64,000 nt of DNA from Staphylococcus sp. (GTDB lineage Bacteria; Bacteroidota; Bacteroidia; Bacteroidales; Muribaculaceae). Numbering within the stretch: the stretch's first letter is position 1; each line of letters begins with the position of its first letter. This document shows positions 28,138-39,041 of the stretch, piece after piece. The stretch covers positions 1,649,910-1,713,909 of the forward strand of contig JAMPDC010000001.1 of NCBI GenBank assembly GCA_023665865.1, in the 5' to 3' direction. Position numbers and translations under genes: made by a program. Below the pieces are notes generated by a model. That model did no database searches. It was not told the DNA's origin and was given only the letters and a program-made list of their open reading frames with translations.

Positions 28138-28625
28138 CGGCCGGCTTCCTCCTTTCTTTTAAGTATGAGATCGGCGAATTCGCGTACACACCCCTCTCCG
28201 CCACGCAGGTTCATGACGAGTATGCCGGGGATATTCTTGACCTGACGCACGGCGTCGGCGGGACAGGCTCGCATGCCTGCCGCGCTGAGGAGGCCTATGC
28301 AGTTGACATCGTCACCGATATAGGCAACTTCGTCGAGACTGATCGAGAGCGATTCGCAGATATCGGCACAGGCTTCGAGCTTGCCTCCATCGCGCTTACC
28401 CTGGACGAGGAAGTCGAGACCAAGCTTGTGAGCACGCCGTCTGACGAGCTCCGTGTCCTCACTGGTGATTATGCCTACCTTTATTCCTGCCTTCTGGAGG
28501 AGCTGGAGCCCCATGCCGTCGCGGGCGTGGAATTTCTTCATGACATCTCCGTCGGCGGTGTAATACATACCCCCGTCCGTGAGGGTACCGTCGACATCTG
28601 TCAGAAACAACCGTATATTTTTCAT
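28134..28625 (-). CDS. KdsC-like HAD phosphatase (KDO-8-P/KDN-9-P type)
   Basis: DVDGTLTDG, IGDDVNC and GGEGCVRE motifs. Confidence 0.85.
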   Translation of the reverse strand: MKNIRLFLTDVDGTLTDGGMYYTADGDVMKKFHARDGMGLQLLQKAGIKVGIITSEDTELVRRRAHKLGLDFLVQGKRDGGKLEACADICESLSISLDEVAYIGDDVNCIGLLSAAGMRACPADAVRQVKNIPGILVMNLRGGEGCVREFADLILKRKEEAGR

Positions 28626-28783
28626 GTCGGGATAAAAGTCGATATAAATGAAAATAATGTATCAGTATGAATTACGAGGGTGCAAAATTACTCAAAAAAA
28701 ATCTATTACTCCTCTAAAAATCGGTTAATTCTGTGTAACTTTGCACACAGATTCAATCTTTAACCACCTCTTATTCCCCCTTT

Positions 28784-30307
28784 ATGCAGGAAAAGATTAT
28801 TATTCTCGATTTCGGATCGCAGACGACGCAGCTCATCGGTCGCCGAGTGCGCGAGCTTGGTGAGTATTGCGAAATTCTGCCCTACAACAAGTTTCCCTAC
28901 GATGATCCGTCGGTAATTGGTGTCATCCTTTCGGGTTCTCCTTTCTCAGTCTACGACGAGAAGGCCTTCAAGACAGAGCTTGACCGTCTGCGCGGCCATC
29001 TGCCCGTCCTTGGCATCTGCTATGGTGCTCAGTTCATAGCCTATACTTCGGGCGGAAGTGTCGAGCCGGCTCCCTCGCGTGAGTATGGACGTGCGCACCT
29101 GACAAAAATCGACAGTTCAAGCCCCCTCTTCAAGAATATTCCCGTCGGTTCGCAGGTGTGGATGAGCCACGGCGACACTATCACCTCCATCCCTGCCGGC
29201 TTCAAGACCATCGCTTCGACCGACAAGGTCGCCATCGCTGCCTATCAGGTGGAGGGCGAGAAGACCTGGGGCGTACAATTTCATCCTGAAGTCTATCATT
29301 CGGAACACGGCACCCAGCTCCTCCGCAACTTCGTCGTCGACATCTGCGGCGGTAAGCAGGACTGGACAGCCGAATCGTTTATCGAAAGCACCGTAGCCCA
29401 GCTCAAGGAGCAGCTTGGCGACGACAAGGTTGTGCTTGGCCTCAGCGGCGGTGTTGACTCATCGGTGGCTGCAGTGCTCCTCAACCGTGCCATCGGCAAG
29501 AATCTGACATGTATATTCGTTGACCACGGAATGTTGCGTAAAAACGAGTTCCGCAATGTGCTCCACGACTATGAGTGCCTTGGCCTCAATGTAGTTGGTG
29601 TTGATGCTTCCGAGAAGTTCTTCAGCGAGCTGGCCGGTGTCACCGAGCCTGAACGCAAGCGCAAGATCATCGGCAAAGGCTTCATTGATGTCTTCGATGA
29701 GGAAGCGCATAAGATCAAGGATGTGAAGTGGCTTGCCCAAGGCACCATCTATCCCGATTGCATCGAGAGTCTCTCGATCACCGGCACGACCATCAAGAGC
29801 CACCACAACGTAGGCGGTCTTCCCGAGAAGATGAATCTTAAGCTCTGCGAGCCTCTCCGTCTGCTATTCAAGGATGAGGTGCGCGCCGTAGGCCGTCAGC
29901 TCGGCATGCCGGATCATCTCATCAAGCGTCATCCCTTCCCCGGTCCCGGTCTCGCAGTCCGTATCCTCGGCGATATCACACCCGAGAAGGTGCGCATACT
30001 TCAGGATGCCGATGATATCTTCATCCAGGGTCTCCGCGACTGGGATCTCTATGATAAGGTATGGCAGGCCGGCGCTATCCTCCTTCCCGTGCAGAGCGTG
30101 GGTGTCATGGGCGATGAGCGTACCTATGAGCGGGCCATCGCTCTCCGTGCTGTGACGTCGACCGACGCGATGACAGCCGACTGGGCTCACCTTCCCTACG
30201 ATTTCATGGCAAAGGTCAGCAACGATATCATAAACAAAGTCCGCGGAGTCAACCGCGTCTGCTACGACATCTCCTCAAAACCACCGGCAACAATCGAGTG
30301 GGAGTAA
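28784..30307 (+). CDS. guaA: GMP synthase
   Basis: LDFGSQ, GICYG, QFHPE, SGGVDS, HPFPGPG and KPPATIEWE motifs. TAACTTTG box at 28736-28743. Confidence 0.98.
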   Translation: MQEKIIILDFGSQTTQLIGRRVRELGEYCEILPYNKFPYDDPSVIGVILSGSPFSVYDEKAFKTELDRLRGHLPVLGICYGAQFIAYTSGGSVEPAPSREYGRAHLTKIDSSSPLFKNIPVGSQVWMSHGDTITSIPAGFKTIASTDKVAIAAYQVEGEKTWGVQFHPEVYHSEHGTQLLRNFVVDICGGKQDWTAESFIESTVAQLKEQLGDDKVVLGLSGGVDSSVAAVLLNRAIGKNLTCIFVDHGMLRKNEFRNVLHDYECLGLNVVGVDASEKFFSELAGVTEPERKRKIIGKGFIDVFDEEAHKIKDVKWLAQGTIYPDCIESLSITGTTIKSHHNVGGLPEKMNLKLCEPLRLLFKDEVRAVGRQLGMPDHLIKRHPFPGPGLAVRILGDITPEKVRILQDADDIFIQGLRDWDLYDKVWQAGAILLPVQSVGVMGDERTYERAIALRAVTSTDAMTADWAHLPYDFMAKVSNDIINKVRGVNRVCYDISSKPPATIEWE

Positions 30308-30327
30308 TCCTGCTATATTACCATAAT

Positions 30328-30383
30328 AAAAGACGCCGGCCTGTCAACTCGGCAAAGCAGTGGACAGGCCGGTGTCTTTTTTT
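30328..30383 (+). terminator. guaA terminator
   Basis: aaaagacgccggcctgtc / gacaggccggtgtcttttttt. Confidence 0.85.
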
Positions 30384-30765
30384 GTCTGTTCGGGCGATAT
30401 TTTAACTAAAATCAGGACGTTAGAAGCATCATTGAGGGTGGAGAGAGACGTAGGCATAACATTTGTTAGTATTCCGGGGCCCAAAAGGTGAGTTTATGTG
30501 AATTATGTGAAATAATATTGCAATATGTGTTACATTGTAACAATTTTGTAATCTTTGTTAAGGTTAATAATATTCAGTAAATCAATATATTATGAATTTT
30601 GTAACAAGTTTGACATTGAATTAACATATTTTTACATTAAAAATATTTGGATTGAGAAAATCGGTTGTAATTTTGAAGTGTAATCAAAAAAACAACACCA
30701 TTACAGACTGCCTCTTTAACCATAAAGGACTCTCTCAAACGTTCAACTTAATAAAACACAAAATT

Positions 30766-31269
30766 ATGGGAACTCAGGAATTTCAGACAAAGCTTATGAG
30801 CCTCCAGGACAACCTGCTCAACTTCGCATATATGCTCACTTCAAACCGCGACAATGCTTACGATCTGCTCCAGGACACCACCCTGAAGGCCCTTGATAAT
30901 GAAAGCAAGTATGTTGACAACACCAACTTCAAGGGTTGGGTTTTCACCATCATGCGCAATATCTTCATCAACAATTACCGCCGTGTTGTCCGCTCGGCTA
31001 CAGTGATTGACCAGACTGAAGATCTCTATCACCTCAACCTCTCACAGGATTCAGGACTTGAGACTCCCGAGGGTTCTTTCGGAGCCAACGAGATCTCAGA
31101 CGCCATCAACGCCTTCCCCGACGAATATCGCATCCCGTTCTCCATGCACGTCGCAGGCTACAAGTATAACGAGATCGCTGAGAAGATGAATCTCCCCCTC
31201 GGCACTGTCAAGAGCCGCATCTTCTTCGCCCGCAAGAAGCTCCAGGAGCGTTTTGCCGACTATCGTTGA
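30766..31269 (+). CDS. Orphan ECF sigma factor
   Basis: Start MGTQEFQ (ATG 30766). DLLQDT, FKGWVFTIMRN and EIAEKMNLPLGTVKSRI motifs. No adjacent anti-sigma gene. Confidence 0.92.
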   Translation: MGTQEFQTKLMSLQDNLLNFAYMLTSNRDNAYDLLQDTTLKALDNESKYVDNTNFKGWVFTIMRNIFINNYRRVVRSATVIDQTEDLYHLNLSQDSGLETPEGSFGANEISDAINAFPDEYRIPFSMHVAGYKYNEIAEKMNLPLGTVKSRIFFARKKLQERFADYR

Positions 31270-31435
31270 TTGAGAAGAGCTAAAGATATGGTGTTTTCGG
31301 TAGATTGACAATTTAAAGTAAAAAAGATTGATTGGTTTAATAATATAATTTGATTGGTATAAAATTAAAGACTAAGTTTTTCATGTTAAGGTAATTACAA
31401 TCTATACTATAGGATTTAGGACACACACCTTATTA

Positions 31436-31473
31436 CAGGAAGCGGCTGCGAAGATGATTCGCGGCCGCTTCTG
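31436..31473. terminator. Hairpin between the convergent ECF gene and tcdA
   Basis: caggaagcggctgcgaa / ttcgcggccgcttctg. U-tails are weak on both strands. Confidence 0.6.
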
Positions 31474-31509
31474 CTGTGTGGTTTATATGCGGTTTGGGGA
31501 ATTGAAACT

Positions 31510-32277
31510 TCAGTCCCGGCGTTCAGTAATGTGTTTGATGACGAGCCCGGCAATGGTCAGACCGAAAATTGCGGTTATGTGCATGAGAGATCCATTGACT
31601 TGGGCTTTTTCCGGACGCCATCCTTCAGAGAGGTCTGCCGTAGCTGAGTCGCAGTCGAACTCCTCGCCTCTATTCGTGAGGAGTTCGTCGCTGTAGACAC
31701 ATAGAAACTTCTTGGCCGGGCGTCGGTCGAGTTTCTTGAAGCGCTGCCGTAGCGCACGTGCGAGCGGACAGCCCGACACTTTCCAGAACTCTGCGACCTT
31801 GATTCGGGTCGGATCAAGCTTGAGCGCAGCACCCATCGAGGAATAGAATTTAGCTTTCGTACGTGTTGCCATTTCGATGAGCAGCACTTTGTCTTTGAGC
31901 GAGTCGATAGCGTCGATGATGTAGTCATAGCTGTCGAGATTGAAGCCGGATGCAGTCTCGGCATTAAACACTTCCTTTATCGCCTTTATCTCGGCGGTAG
32001 GGAGTATGGAGAGCAGACGGTCGCGTAGAGCATCGACTTTCACATGCCCGACCGTGGCTGTGGTGGCCATGAGCTGACGGTTGATGTTGCTGACACAGAC
32101 GATGTCGCTATCAACTATTGTCAGATGTCTCACGCCGGTACGTATCAGGCTTTCCGCACACCATGAGCCGACACCTCCGATGCCGAAGATGATAACTTTT
32201 GCCCCGGCGAGGCGCTCCATGCTCTCATCGCCAAGCAGACGGTAGGCGCGGTTCAGTATGGCTTTTTCCGATTCCAT
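31510..32277 (-). CDS. tcdA: ThiF-family tRNA threonylcarbamoyladenosine dehydratase
   Basis: GIGGVGSW, SNINRQ, DAID, SSMGAALKLDP and CPLAR motifs. Confidence 0.85.
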   Translation of the reverse strand: MESEKAILNRAYRLLGDESMERLAGAKVIIFGIGGVGSWCAESLIRTGVRHLTIVDSDIVCVSNINRQLMATTATVGHVKVDALRDRLLSILPTAEIKAIKEVFNAETASGFNLDSYDYIIDAIDSLKDKVLLIEMATRTKAKFYSSMGAALKLDPTRIKVAEFWKVSGCPLARALRQRFKKLDRRPAKKFLCVYSDELLTNRGEEFDCDSATADLSEGWRPEKAQVNGSLMHITAIFGLTIAGLVIKHITERRD

Positions 32278-32344
32278 GTTGTTTTGGTATTTCTGTTAAA
32301 TCAAATGCAAAAATACAAAAAATCAAAGAGCGCATAAAAAAGTA

Positions 32345-32372
32345 AAGGAGCATAAGCCGGCTTATGCTCCTT
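32345..32372. terminator. Perfect 28-bp palindrome ending the leu operon
   Basis: AAGGAGCATAAGCC|GGCTTATGCTCCTT flanked by aaaaaagta / tacttttt. Confidence 0.75.
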
Positions 32373-32403
32373 ATACTTTTTATAGTTGGCAGTCTTTTGA
32401 CGA

Positions 32404-33465
32404 TCAATTATTCTTGATGTAGTCGACGATCCATGCGCCGACAGCGTCAGTGCCGTATGCAGCTCCACCTTCAACCTGGATTTCGGGAGTGCGTACGTTG
32501 GCATCGAGCGAGGCATTGACAGCTTTGCGGATGAGAGCTCCCTCTTCGGTGAGGTTGAAATATTCGAAGAGCATGGCCACCGAAAGAATCTGGGCGAGCG
32601 GATTGGCTATATTCTTGCCCTTTGCCTGAGGCCATGAGCCGTGGATGGGTTCGAAGACAGGTGTCTTTTCGCCGGTAGAGGCGGAGGGGAGGAGACCCAT
32701 CGAACCGGAGATGACTGAGCCTTCGTCGGTGAGGATGTCGCCAAAAGTGTTTTCAGTGACCATCACGTCAAAGAATCGGGGCTCCTGAATCATGCGCATG
32801 GCGGCGTTGTCGACATACATGTAGTCGGTTTCCACGTCTGGATACTGCGGGGCGATCTCCTGTCCGATCTTGCGCCAGAGGCGTGAGGATGCGAGCACGT
32901 TGGCTTTGTCGACGATTGTGAGATGTTTGCGCCGACGGCGGGCGTAGCTGTAGGCTACATGGAGGATGCGTTCGATCTCAGGACGCGTGTAAGCATTGGT
33001 ATCGTAGGCGCGTTCGTCACTTTCAAACTTTTCGCCGAAATACATGCCGCCTGTGAGTTCGCGTATGCAGATGAAGTCTGCGCCTTCGACGAGTTCTGAG
33101 CGCAGCGGTGATTTGTGGATGAGACATTTGAAGGTCTCGACGGGACGGATATTTGCGAAGAGGCCGAGCTTCTTGCGCATTGCGAGCAGGCCCTGCTCCG
33201 GGCGCACCTTGGCATTGGGATTATTGTCAAATTTGGGGTCGCCTACAGCCGAGAAGAGCACGGCGTCAGCCCATAGGCAGGTCTGGAAAGTCTCTTCGGG
33301 GAATGGATCTCCGACTTTGTCGATTGCGTCTGCGCCACAGATGGCATAGCGGTAGTCAACGGAATGACCGAATTTTTCACACACGGCTGTCATGACATCT
33401 ACGCCTTGACGTGAGATTTCAGGACCGATGCCGTCGCCGGGAAGGACTGCGATTTTCAGATTCAT
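32404..33465 (-). CDS. leuB: 3-isopropylmalate dehydrogenase
   Basis: Start [16 protein letters not shown] (ATG 33465). DKANVL, FGDILTD and EPIHGS motifs. Confidence 0.97.
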   Translation of the reverse strand: MNLKIAVLPGDGIGPEISRQGVDVMTAVCEKFGHSVDYRYAICGADAIDKVGDPFPEETFQTCLWADAVLFSAVGDPKFDNNPNAKVRPEQGLLAMRKKLGLFANIRPVETFKCLIHKSPLRSELVEGADFICIRELTGGMYFGEKFESDERAYDTNAYTRPEIERILHVAYSYARRRRKHLTIVDKANVLASSRLWRKIGQEIAPQYPDVETDYMYVDNAAMRMIQEPRFFDVMVTENTFGDILTDEGSVISGSMGLLPSASTGEKTPVFEPIHGSWPQAKGKNIANPLAQILSVAMLFEYFNLTEEGALIRKAVNASLDANVRTPEIQVEGGAAYGTDAVGAWIVDYIKNN

Positions 33466-33472
33466 GATATGT

Positions 33473-35038
33473 TTATATTGTTGTTGTTTTTTGATGATTA
33501 CTGTTTTTTGCCTGTTGGCCGGGGAGGGTCTCAAGGAAGTTGAGCATCTTGACTGTGGCCTGGATAGCGGCTTCAGTTTGGTCCGGATCGAGACCGCGCG
33601 TCTTGAAGACGTTACCGTCAAAGTTCCATGTGATAGTGGTGTGGACGAGGGCATCGCTCTTGCCACCCGGAGGAATGTTGACGGAGTAGTTGACGAGTGT
33701 CGGGAAGGTACGGTTGAGACGGTTGGTGTAGATGCTGCGGATTGCACGCATGAAGGCGTCAAACTGACCGTCGCCGACGGCTGACTCCTGAAACTCCTTG
33801 TCGCTTACGATGAGTTTCACCGTTGCTGTCGGGCGCAGCCCTTGGGTGAGCGTGAGTGCGTAGTTGTCTACGCGGACGTCGGAGGGGAGGGTGGGGTGCT
33901 TGAGCACATCTGCGATTATGAAGGGGAGATCGCCTTGGGTGACTATTTCTTTCTTGTCGCCGAGAGCGATGATGCGTTCTGTCACCTTTCGGATATCGCT
34001 GTCGGTCAGCTCGATGCCGAGAGCCTCGAGGTTTTTCTTTATGTTTGCTTTGCCGGAAGTTTTGCCGAGTGCATACTCGCGCTCGCGGCCGAAACGCTCC
34101 GGCAGAAGATCGTTGTAGTAGAGCTGATTCTTGTTGTCGCCGTCGGCATGTACGCCTGCACATTGGGTGAAGACGCTGTCGCCGATGATAGGCTTGTTCG
34201 GAGGGACGAGGATGCCGGAGAAGGATTCGACTATATGGCTGACCTTGTTGATCTTGCTCTCATCGATGTCGGTGGTGTCGCCGAGTTGATCATGGATGAC
34301 GGCGACGGTGCTTGAGAGAGTCGCGTTGCCGGCGCGCTCGCCGAGACCGTTGATGGTGCAGTGGACTCCCTTTGCGCCACCTTTGATGGCTGCGAAGACA
34401 TTGGCCGTAGCAAGGTCATAGTCATTGTGGGCATGGAAGTCAAAGTGAAGACCGGGATAGTGCTTGACAATCGTGTGGACATACGACAGAGTGTCGTAGG
34501 GATTGAGGATGCCAAGAGTGTCGGGAAGCATGAAGCGGCGGATGGGGAGGCCTTTGATAGCATCCATAAGGGCGAAAACATAGTCGCGGGAATGTTTCAT
34601 GCCGTTTGACCAGTCCTCGAGATAGATGTTGACTTCGAGGCCGGTTTCCCGGGCGCGTGTGACTTCGGTTGCAATGGCTGCGAAGTGTTCGTCTGGCGTC
34701 TGCTTTAGTTGCAGGCGGCAGTGTCTTTCAGAGCCTTTGGCAAGGAGATTGATGACTTTTCCACCGACGTCACTTATCCAGCGGACAGACTCGCCACCGT
34801 CAAGAAAACCGAGCACTTCGATGCGGTCAATGTAGCCTGTGCGCTCTGCCCATGCGCAGACTCTGCGCACGGTTTCCCGTTCTCCGTCCGAAACGCGGGC
34901 TGAGGCTATCTCGATGCGCGGCACGTGAAGCTCCTGTAGGAGCAGGCGGGTGATGGCAAGTTTCTCGGAAGTCGAGAACGATACTCCTGAGGTCTGCTCT
35001 CCGTCCCGGAGAGTTGTATCCATTATTTCAACGTACAT
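33473..35038 (-). CDS. cimA: Citramalate synthase (CimA-type)
   Basis: Start [15 protein letters not shown] (ATG 35038). [14 protein letters not shown] and a C-terminal regulatory domain. Second LeuA paralogue in the operon. Confidence 0.85.
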   Translation of the reverse strand: MYVEIMDTTLRDGEQTSGVSFSTSEKLAITRLLLQELHVPRIEIASARVSDGERETVRRVCAWAERTGYIDRIEVLGFLDGGESVRWISDVGGKVINLLAKGSERHCRLQLKQTPDEHFAAIATEVTRARETGLEVNIYLEDWSNGMKHSRDYVFALMDAIKGLPIRRFMLPDTLGILNPYDTLSYVHTIVKHYPGLHFDFHAHNDYDLATANVFAAIKGGAKGVHCTINGLGERAGNATLSSTVAVIHDQLGDTTDIDESKINKVSHIVESFSGILVPPNKPIIGDSVFTQCAGVHADGDNKNQLYYNDLLPERFGREREYALGKTSGKANIKKNLEALGIELTDSDIRKVTERIIALGDKKEIVTQGDLPFIIADVLKHPTLPSDVRVDNYALTLTQGLRPTATVKLIVSDKEFQESAVGDGQFDAFMRAIRSIYTNRLNRTFPTLVNYSVNIPPGGKSDALVHTTITWNFDGNVFKTRGLDPDQTEAAIQATVKMLNFLETLPGQQAKNSNHQKTTTI

Positions 35039-35130
35039 GCCTTTGTTAAGATAAATGTGGTGTGTAAAGAAATTTAGAGGTGTCGGAGAGTATATGTAAT
35101 GACTATGTGTGGATGTAGGTATCTTTGATA

Positions 35131-35170
35131 AGTCTGCCGTGGAAGGTGTCAACCCGCTCCACGGCAGACT
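35131..35170. other. Intra-operonic hairpin between leuD and cimA
   Basis: Perfect 13-bp stem agtctgccgtgga / tccacggcagact with no clear U-tract. Confidence 0.6.
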
Positions 35171-35191
35171 CTCTGCTGTCGCTTGTCCGGG

Positions 35192-35779
35192 CTATCGGGC
35201 GGCTTCCCAAGCCTCGATGTCTGATTTTTTAGAAATCAGATACTCGATATCGTCAAGTCCTTCGGACAGGCATTGTTTCTTATACGCGTTGATGTCGAAA
35301 GTCTCGCTTTTGCCTGTGGCGAGGTTAGTGATGGTCTGCGAAGGCAGATCTACTCTTACTTCCGTCTTTGGATCGGCTGCGATGGATTCGAACAGCTCTG
35401 CGAGGAAGGGCTCGCTGACCACTACAGGGAGCACAAAATTATTGAGCTCATTGTTTTTGTGGATATCGGCAAAGAAGCTTGAGACAACTACACGGAAGCC
35501 GTAGTCATGTATGGCCCAGGCTGCGTGCTCGCGGCTTGAACCGGAACCGAAGTTTTTTCCTGCAACGAGGATGCAGCCGGAATAGGTCGGGTCGTTGAGC
35601 ACGAAGTCTTTCACCGGATTCCCGTCCTTGTCATATCGCCAGTCACGGAAGAGATTGTCGCCGAAACCGTCGCGCGATGTGGCTTTGAGGAAGCGGGCGG
35701 GGATAATCTGGTCAGTGTCCACATTTTCCATCGGCAGAGGGACACAGGTAGATGTTATGGTGGAGAATTTTTCTTTCAT
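35192..35779 (-). CDS. leuD: 3-isopropylmalate dehydratase small subunit
   Basis: [13 protein letters not shown] and [11 protein letters not shown] motifs. Confidence 0.97.
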   Translation of the reverse strand: MKEKFSTITSTCVPLPMENVDTDQIIPARFLKATSRDGFGDNLFRDWRYDKDGNPVKDFVLNDPTYSGCILVAGKNFGSGSSREHAAWAIHDYGFRVVVSSFFADIHKNNELNNFVLPVVVSEPFLAELFESIAADPKTEVRVDLPSQTITNLATGKSETFDINAYKKQCLSEGLDDIEYLISKKSDIEAWEAAR

Positions 35780-35796
35780 GATGTGATGCGAAGTGA

Positions 35797-37194
35797 TTAC
35801 TGAAGGGTACGGGGATCTGTGAGTACACCGGTGACAGCTGTTGCTGCCGCTACGAGCGGGCCGGCGAGGATGGTGCGCGAGCCGGGGCCCTGGCGTCCCT
35901 CGAAGTTGCGGTTGGAGGTCGAGACTGCAAGCTTCCCGGCAGGAACTTTGTCTTCATTCATGGCCAGACAGGCCGAGCAGCCTGGCTGACGGATTTCAAA
36001 ACCGGCCTCGGCAAGGATCTTGTCGAGGCCCTCCTGACGGATCTGGGCATCGACACCCCATGAGCCGGGCACGAGCCAGGCCGTGATATTGTCGGCTTTC
36101 TTCTTACCCTTGACAAAGTTGGCGAAGGCGCGGAAGTCCTCGATACGGCCGTTGGTGCAGCTGCCGAGAAATACGTAGTCAACCGGAGTTCCCGCGAGCA
36201 CCTGACCGACCTTGAAGCCCATGTAGTCGAGCGATTTCTCATAGGAGATTTTGCCCGCTTCATCTTCAGGATCCGGTGCGGGGATGGGATCGTTGATTCC
36301 TATGCCCATGCCCGGATTTGTGCCGAAGGTGATGCGTGGTTCGATATCGGCAGCGTCAAAGTTGATCTCGCGGTCAAACTGTGCATCGGGATCGGAGGGA
36401 AGAGTGCGCCAGTATGCGACTGCTTTTTCCCACTCTTCACCTTTGGGTGCGAACTCACGGCCTTCGACGTAGGCAAATGTGGTTTCGTCAGGAGCTATCA
36501 TGCCTCCGCGGGCACCCATTTCAATAGAGAGATTGCAGACGGTCATGCGTTCCTCCATAGAGAGGTTGCGGATGGTGTCGCCGGCATATTCCACGAAATA
36601 TCCAGTGGCGCCGCCGGTCGTCATCTTGGCGATGATGTAGAGTGCGATGTCTTTTGCGGTCACACCGGGGCGCAGTTGGCCGTTGACATTGATGCGCATG
36701 GTCTTGGGTTTGGGCTGAAGGATGCACTGCGATGCAAGCACCATCTCCACCTCGCTTGTGCCGATGCCGAAGGCTACGGCGCCGAAAGCTCCGTGGGTCG
36801 AAGTGTGGCTGTCGCCGCAGACGATAGTGTAGCCCGGGAGCGTCAGGCCGTTTTCGGGACCTATGACATGGATGATACCGTTCTTGGGATGTCCGAGGCC
36901 GAAAAGCGTCACCCCAAACTCAGTGGCGTTGCGTGTGAGGGTCTCGACCTGGTTGCGCGAGACGGGATCTACTATAGGTTTGTCCTGGTTGAGGGTGGGG
37001 ATGTTGTGGTCAGGTGAACAGAAAGTGCGCTCCGGACGGAACACTTTGAGACCGCGGTTGCGGAGACCTTCGAAGGCCTGGGGGCTGGTGACCTCGTGGC
37101 AGTAGTGGCGGTCGATATAGAGTTGCGACGGACCACCCTCGATGTTGTTGACAACGTGGGCGTCCCAGATTTTATCGAAAAGAGTTTTTCCCAT
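35797..37194 (-). CDS. leuC: 3-isopropylmalate dehydratase large subunit
   Basis: [23 protein letters not shown] and [12 protein letters not shown] motifs. Confidence 0.97.
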   Translation of the reverse strand: MGKTLFDKIWDAHVVNNIEGGPSQLYIDRHYCHEVTSPQAFEGLRNRGLKVFRPERTFCSPDHNIPTLNQDKPIVDPVSRNQVETLTRNATEFGVTLFGLGHPKNGIIHVIGPENGLTLPGYTIVCGDSHTSTHGAFGAVAFGIGTSEVEMVLASQCILQPKPKTMRINVNGQLRPGVTAKDIALYIIAKMTTGGATGYFVEYAGDTIRNLSMEERMTVCNLSIEMGARGGMIAPDETTFAYVEGREFAPKGEEWEKAVAYWRTLPSDPDAQFDREINFDAADIEPRITFGTNPGMGIGINDPIPAPDPEDEAGKISYEKSLDYMGFKVGQVLAGTPVDYVFLGSCTNGRIEDFRAFANFVKGKKKADNITAWLVPGSWGVDAQIRQEGLDKILAEAGFEIRQPGCSACLAMNEDKVPAGKLAVSTSNRNFEGRQGPGSRTILAGPLVAAATAVTGVLTDPRTLQ

Positions 37195-37233
37195 GGAGAA
37201 ATGATATAGTTTGAACCTTTGCGGGGATTGCTG

Positions 37234-38730
37234 TTAGCGGACAAATTTGTTGATGGCGTCGATAAAGGCTTCGGCACTTGCTCCGACAATATCGGTGTTG
37301 GCCGAGAATCCGTAGTAGGGGATGCCTTCATGTTCGACAGTCATGTGAACCTTGCCGACATCATTGCTGCCTTTGTTGATTGCCTGGATGAGGAATTCCT
37401 TGACGAGCATCTTGCGGTGGATGATGAGCTTGATGGCGCTGATGGCAGCATCAACAGGGCCGTTGCCTGAGGCACAGGCCTCGAATTTCTCTCCGGCGAT
37501 GTCGAGACCGACGCTGGCTACCGAGTGGACGCCGACGCCGCTGGTGACCTGGAGGAAGTCGAGCTTGATGCGGTTGGATGCCTTGCGGTGAGCGCCGGCG
37601 ATCATGAGCACGTCATCGTCGTTGATCTCCTTCTTGCGGTCGGCCAGTTTGAGGAATGCTTCGTAGGCCTTGTCGAGGTCTGAACCTGAAAGCTCGATAC
37701 CGAGGACGTGGAGGCGGTGCTTGAGAGCGGCGCGTCCACTGCGTGCAGTGAGCACTATTGAGTTCTCATCGATTCCTACATCCTTCGGGTCAATGATCTC
37801 GTAGCTTTCGCGGTTCTTGAGCACTCCATCCTGATGGATGCCTGAGGAATGGGCGAAGGCGTTGCGCCCGACGATCGCCTTGTTGGGCTGGACTGGCATG
37901 TTCATGAGGCTGGAGACCATGCGGCTGATGCTGGTGATCTTGGTCGCGTTGATATTAGTGTCGATACCGAGATCCTTGTGGGAGCGGAAGGTCATGACGA
38001 CCTCTTCGAGAGAGGTGTTGCCGGCACGCTCGCCGATACCGTTGATGGTCACTTCAGCCTGACGCGCACCATTGACGATACCGGTGACGGTGTTGGCTGT
38101 CGCCATGCCGAGGTCGTTGTGGCAGTGAGTGGCTATGGTCACCTTATCAATACCGTCGACGTGGTCGATGAGATATTTGATTTTCGCACCGAATTCGGAG
38201 GGCAGACAGTAGCCGGTAGTGTCAGGTATGTTGATGACCGTGGCGCCGGCGCGGATGACAGCCTCGACCACCCGTGCGAGATACTCATTGTCGGTGCGCC
38301 CTGCATCTTCGGCGTAGAACTGCACGTCTTCGACAAATTTCTTAGCGAAGGCGACGGCTCCGACCGCGCGCTCGAGGATGTCGTCGCGGGTAGAGTTGAA
38401 TTTATACTTGATATGATAGTCTGAAGTGCCGATGCCGGTGTGGATGCGTGGATGTTTTGCATACTTAAGCGCTTCGGCAGCAACGCGGATGTCGTTTTCG
38501 ACAGCACGGGTCAAGGCGCAGATCGTGGGCCAGGTCACGGCTTTGGAGATTTCAACTACCGAATTGAAGTCGCCGGGACTCGACACGGGGAAGCCCGCTT
38601 CAATCACGTCGACTCCAAGAGACTCAAGCGCCTTGGCAACTTCGATTTTTTCTACTGTATTGAGCTGACAACCCGGCACTTGCTCTCCATCGCGCAGCGT
38701 CGTGTCAAAAATGAATAAGCGGTCACTCAT
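37234..38730 (-). CDS. leuA: 2-isopropylmalate synthase
   Basis: [23 protein letters not shown] and HSSGIHQDG motifs. Confidence 0.97.
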   Translation of the reverse strand: MSDRLFIFDTTLRDGEQVPGCQLNTVEKIEVAKALESLGVDVIEAGFPVSSPGDFNSVVEISKAVTWPTICALTRAVENDIRVAAEALKYAKHPRIHTGIGTSDYHIKYKFNSTRDDILERAVGAVAFAKKFVEDVQFYAEDAGRTDNEYLARVVEAVIRAGATVINIPDTTGYCLPSEFGAKIKYLIDHVDGIDKVTIATHCHNDLGMATANTVTGIVNGARQAEVTINGIGERAGNTSLEEVVMTFRSHKDLGIDTNINATKITSISRMVSSLMNMPVQPNKAIVGRNAFAHSSGIHQDGVLKNRESYEIIDPKDVGIDENSIVLTARSGRAALKHRLHVLGIELSGSDLDKAYEAFLKLADRKKEINDDDVLMIAGAHRKASNRIKLDFLQVTSGVGVHSVASVGLDIAGEKFEACASGNGPVDAAISAIKLIIHRKMLVKEFLIQAINKGSNDVGKVHMTVEHEGIPYYGFSANTDIVGASAEAFIDAINKFVR

Positions 38731-39041
38731 ATCTCGTCTTATATTGTAAGTTTGTGTGAATTTTTGGAAACTGTGCCTAAAACAATCATTTCCGGATAAT
38801 ATATCTGAAAATAATCAGGCGCAAAGGTACGAATTATTTATAAAAATTCGCAATAAACTTACAAATTAAATCTAAATTGCGCTCGATTCTTAGAAAATAA
38901 TAAGTATCATTTCTGTTATGCCCACGCAATCTGCGCCCGAGAGTTAATTTACATTAATATGGCGGATGGAAATTTCTGGCAAGGGATGAATTGTGCTAAT
39001 TTTGCAGTGAGATACATGCTGACACGTATCAATCTGATTTC

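Noticed and set aside
33466-33762. Extended starts in the ORF track for leuB (also cimA, mce, yjjG, dnaG, the ECF gene at 30652 and lptF/G)
   Set aside because: Longest-ORF artefacts. Family homology and promoter positions indicate the downstream ATGs.
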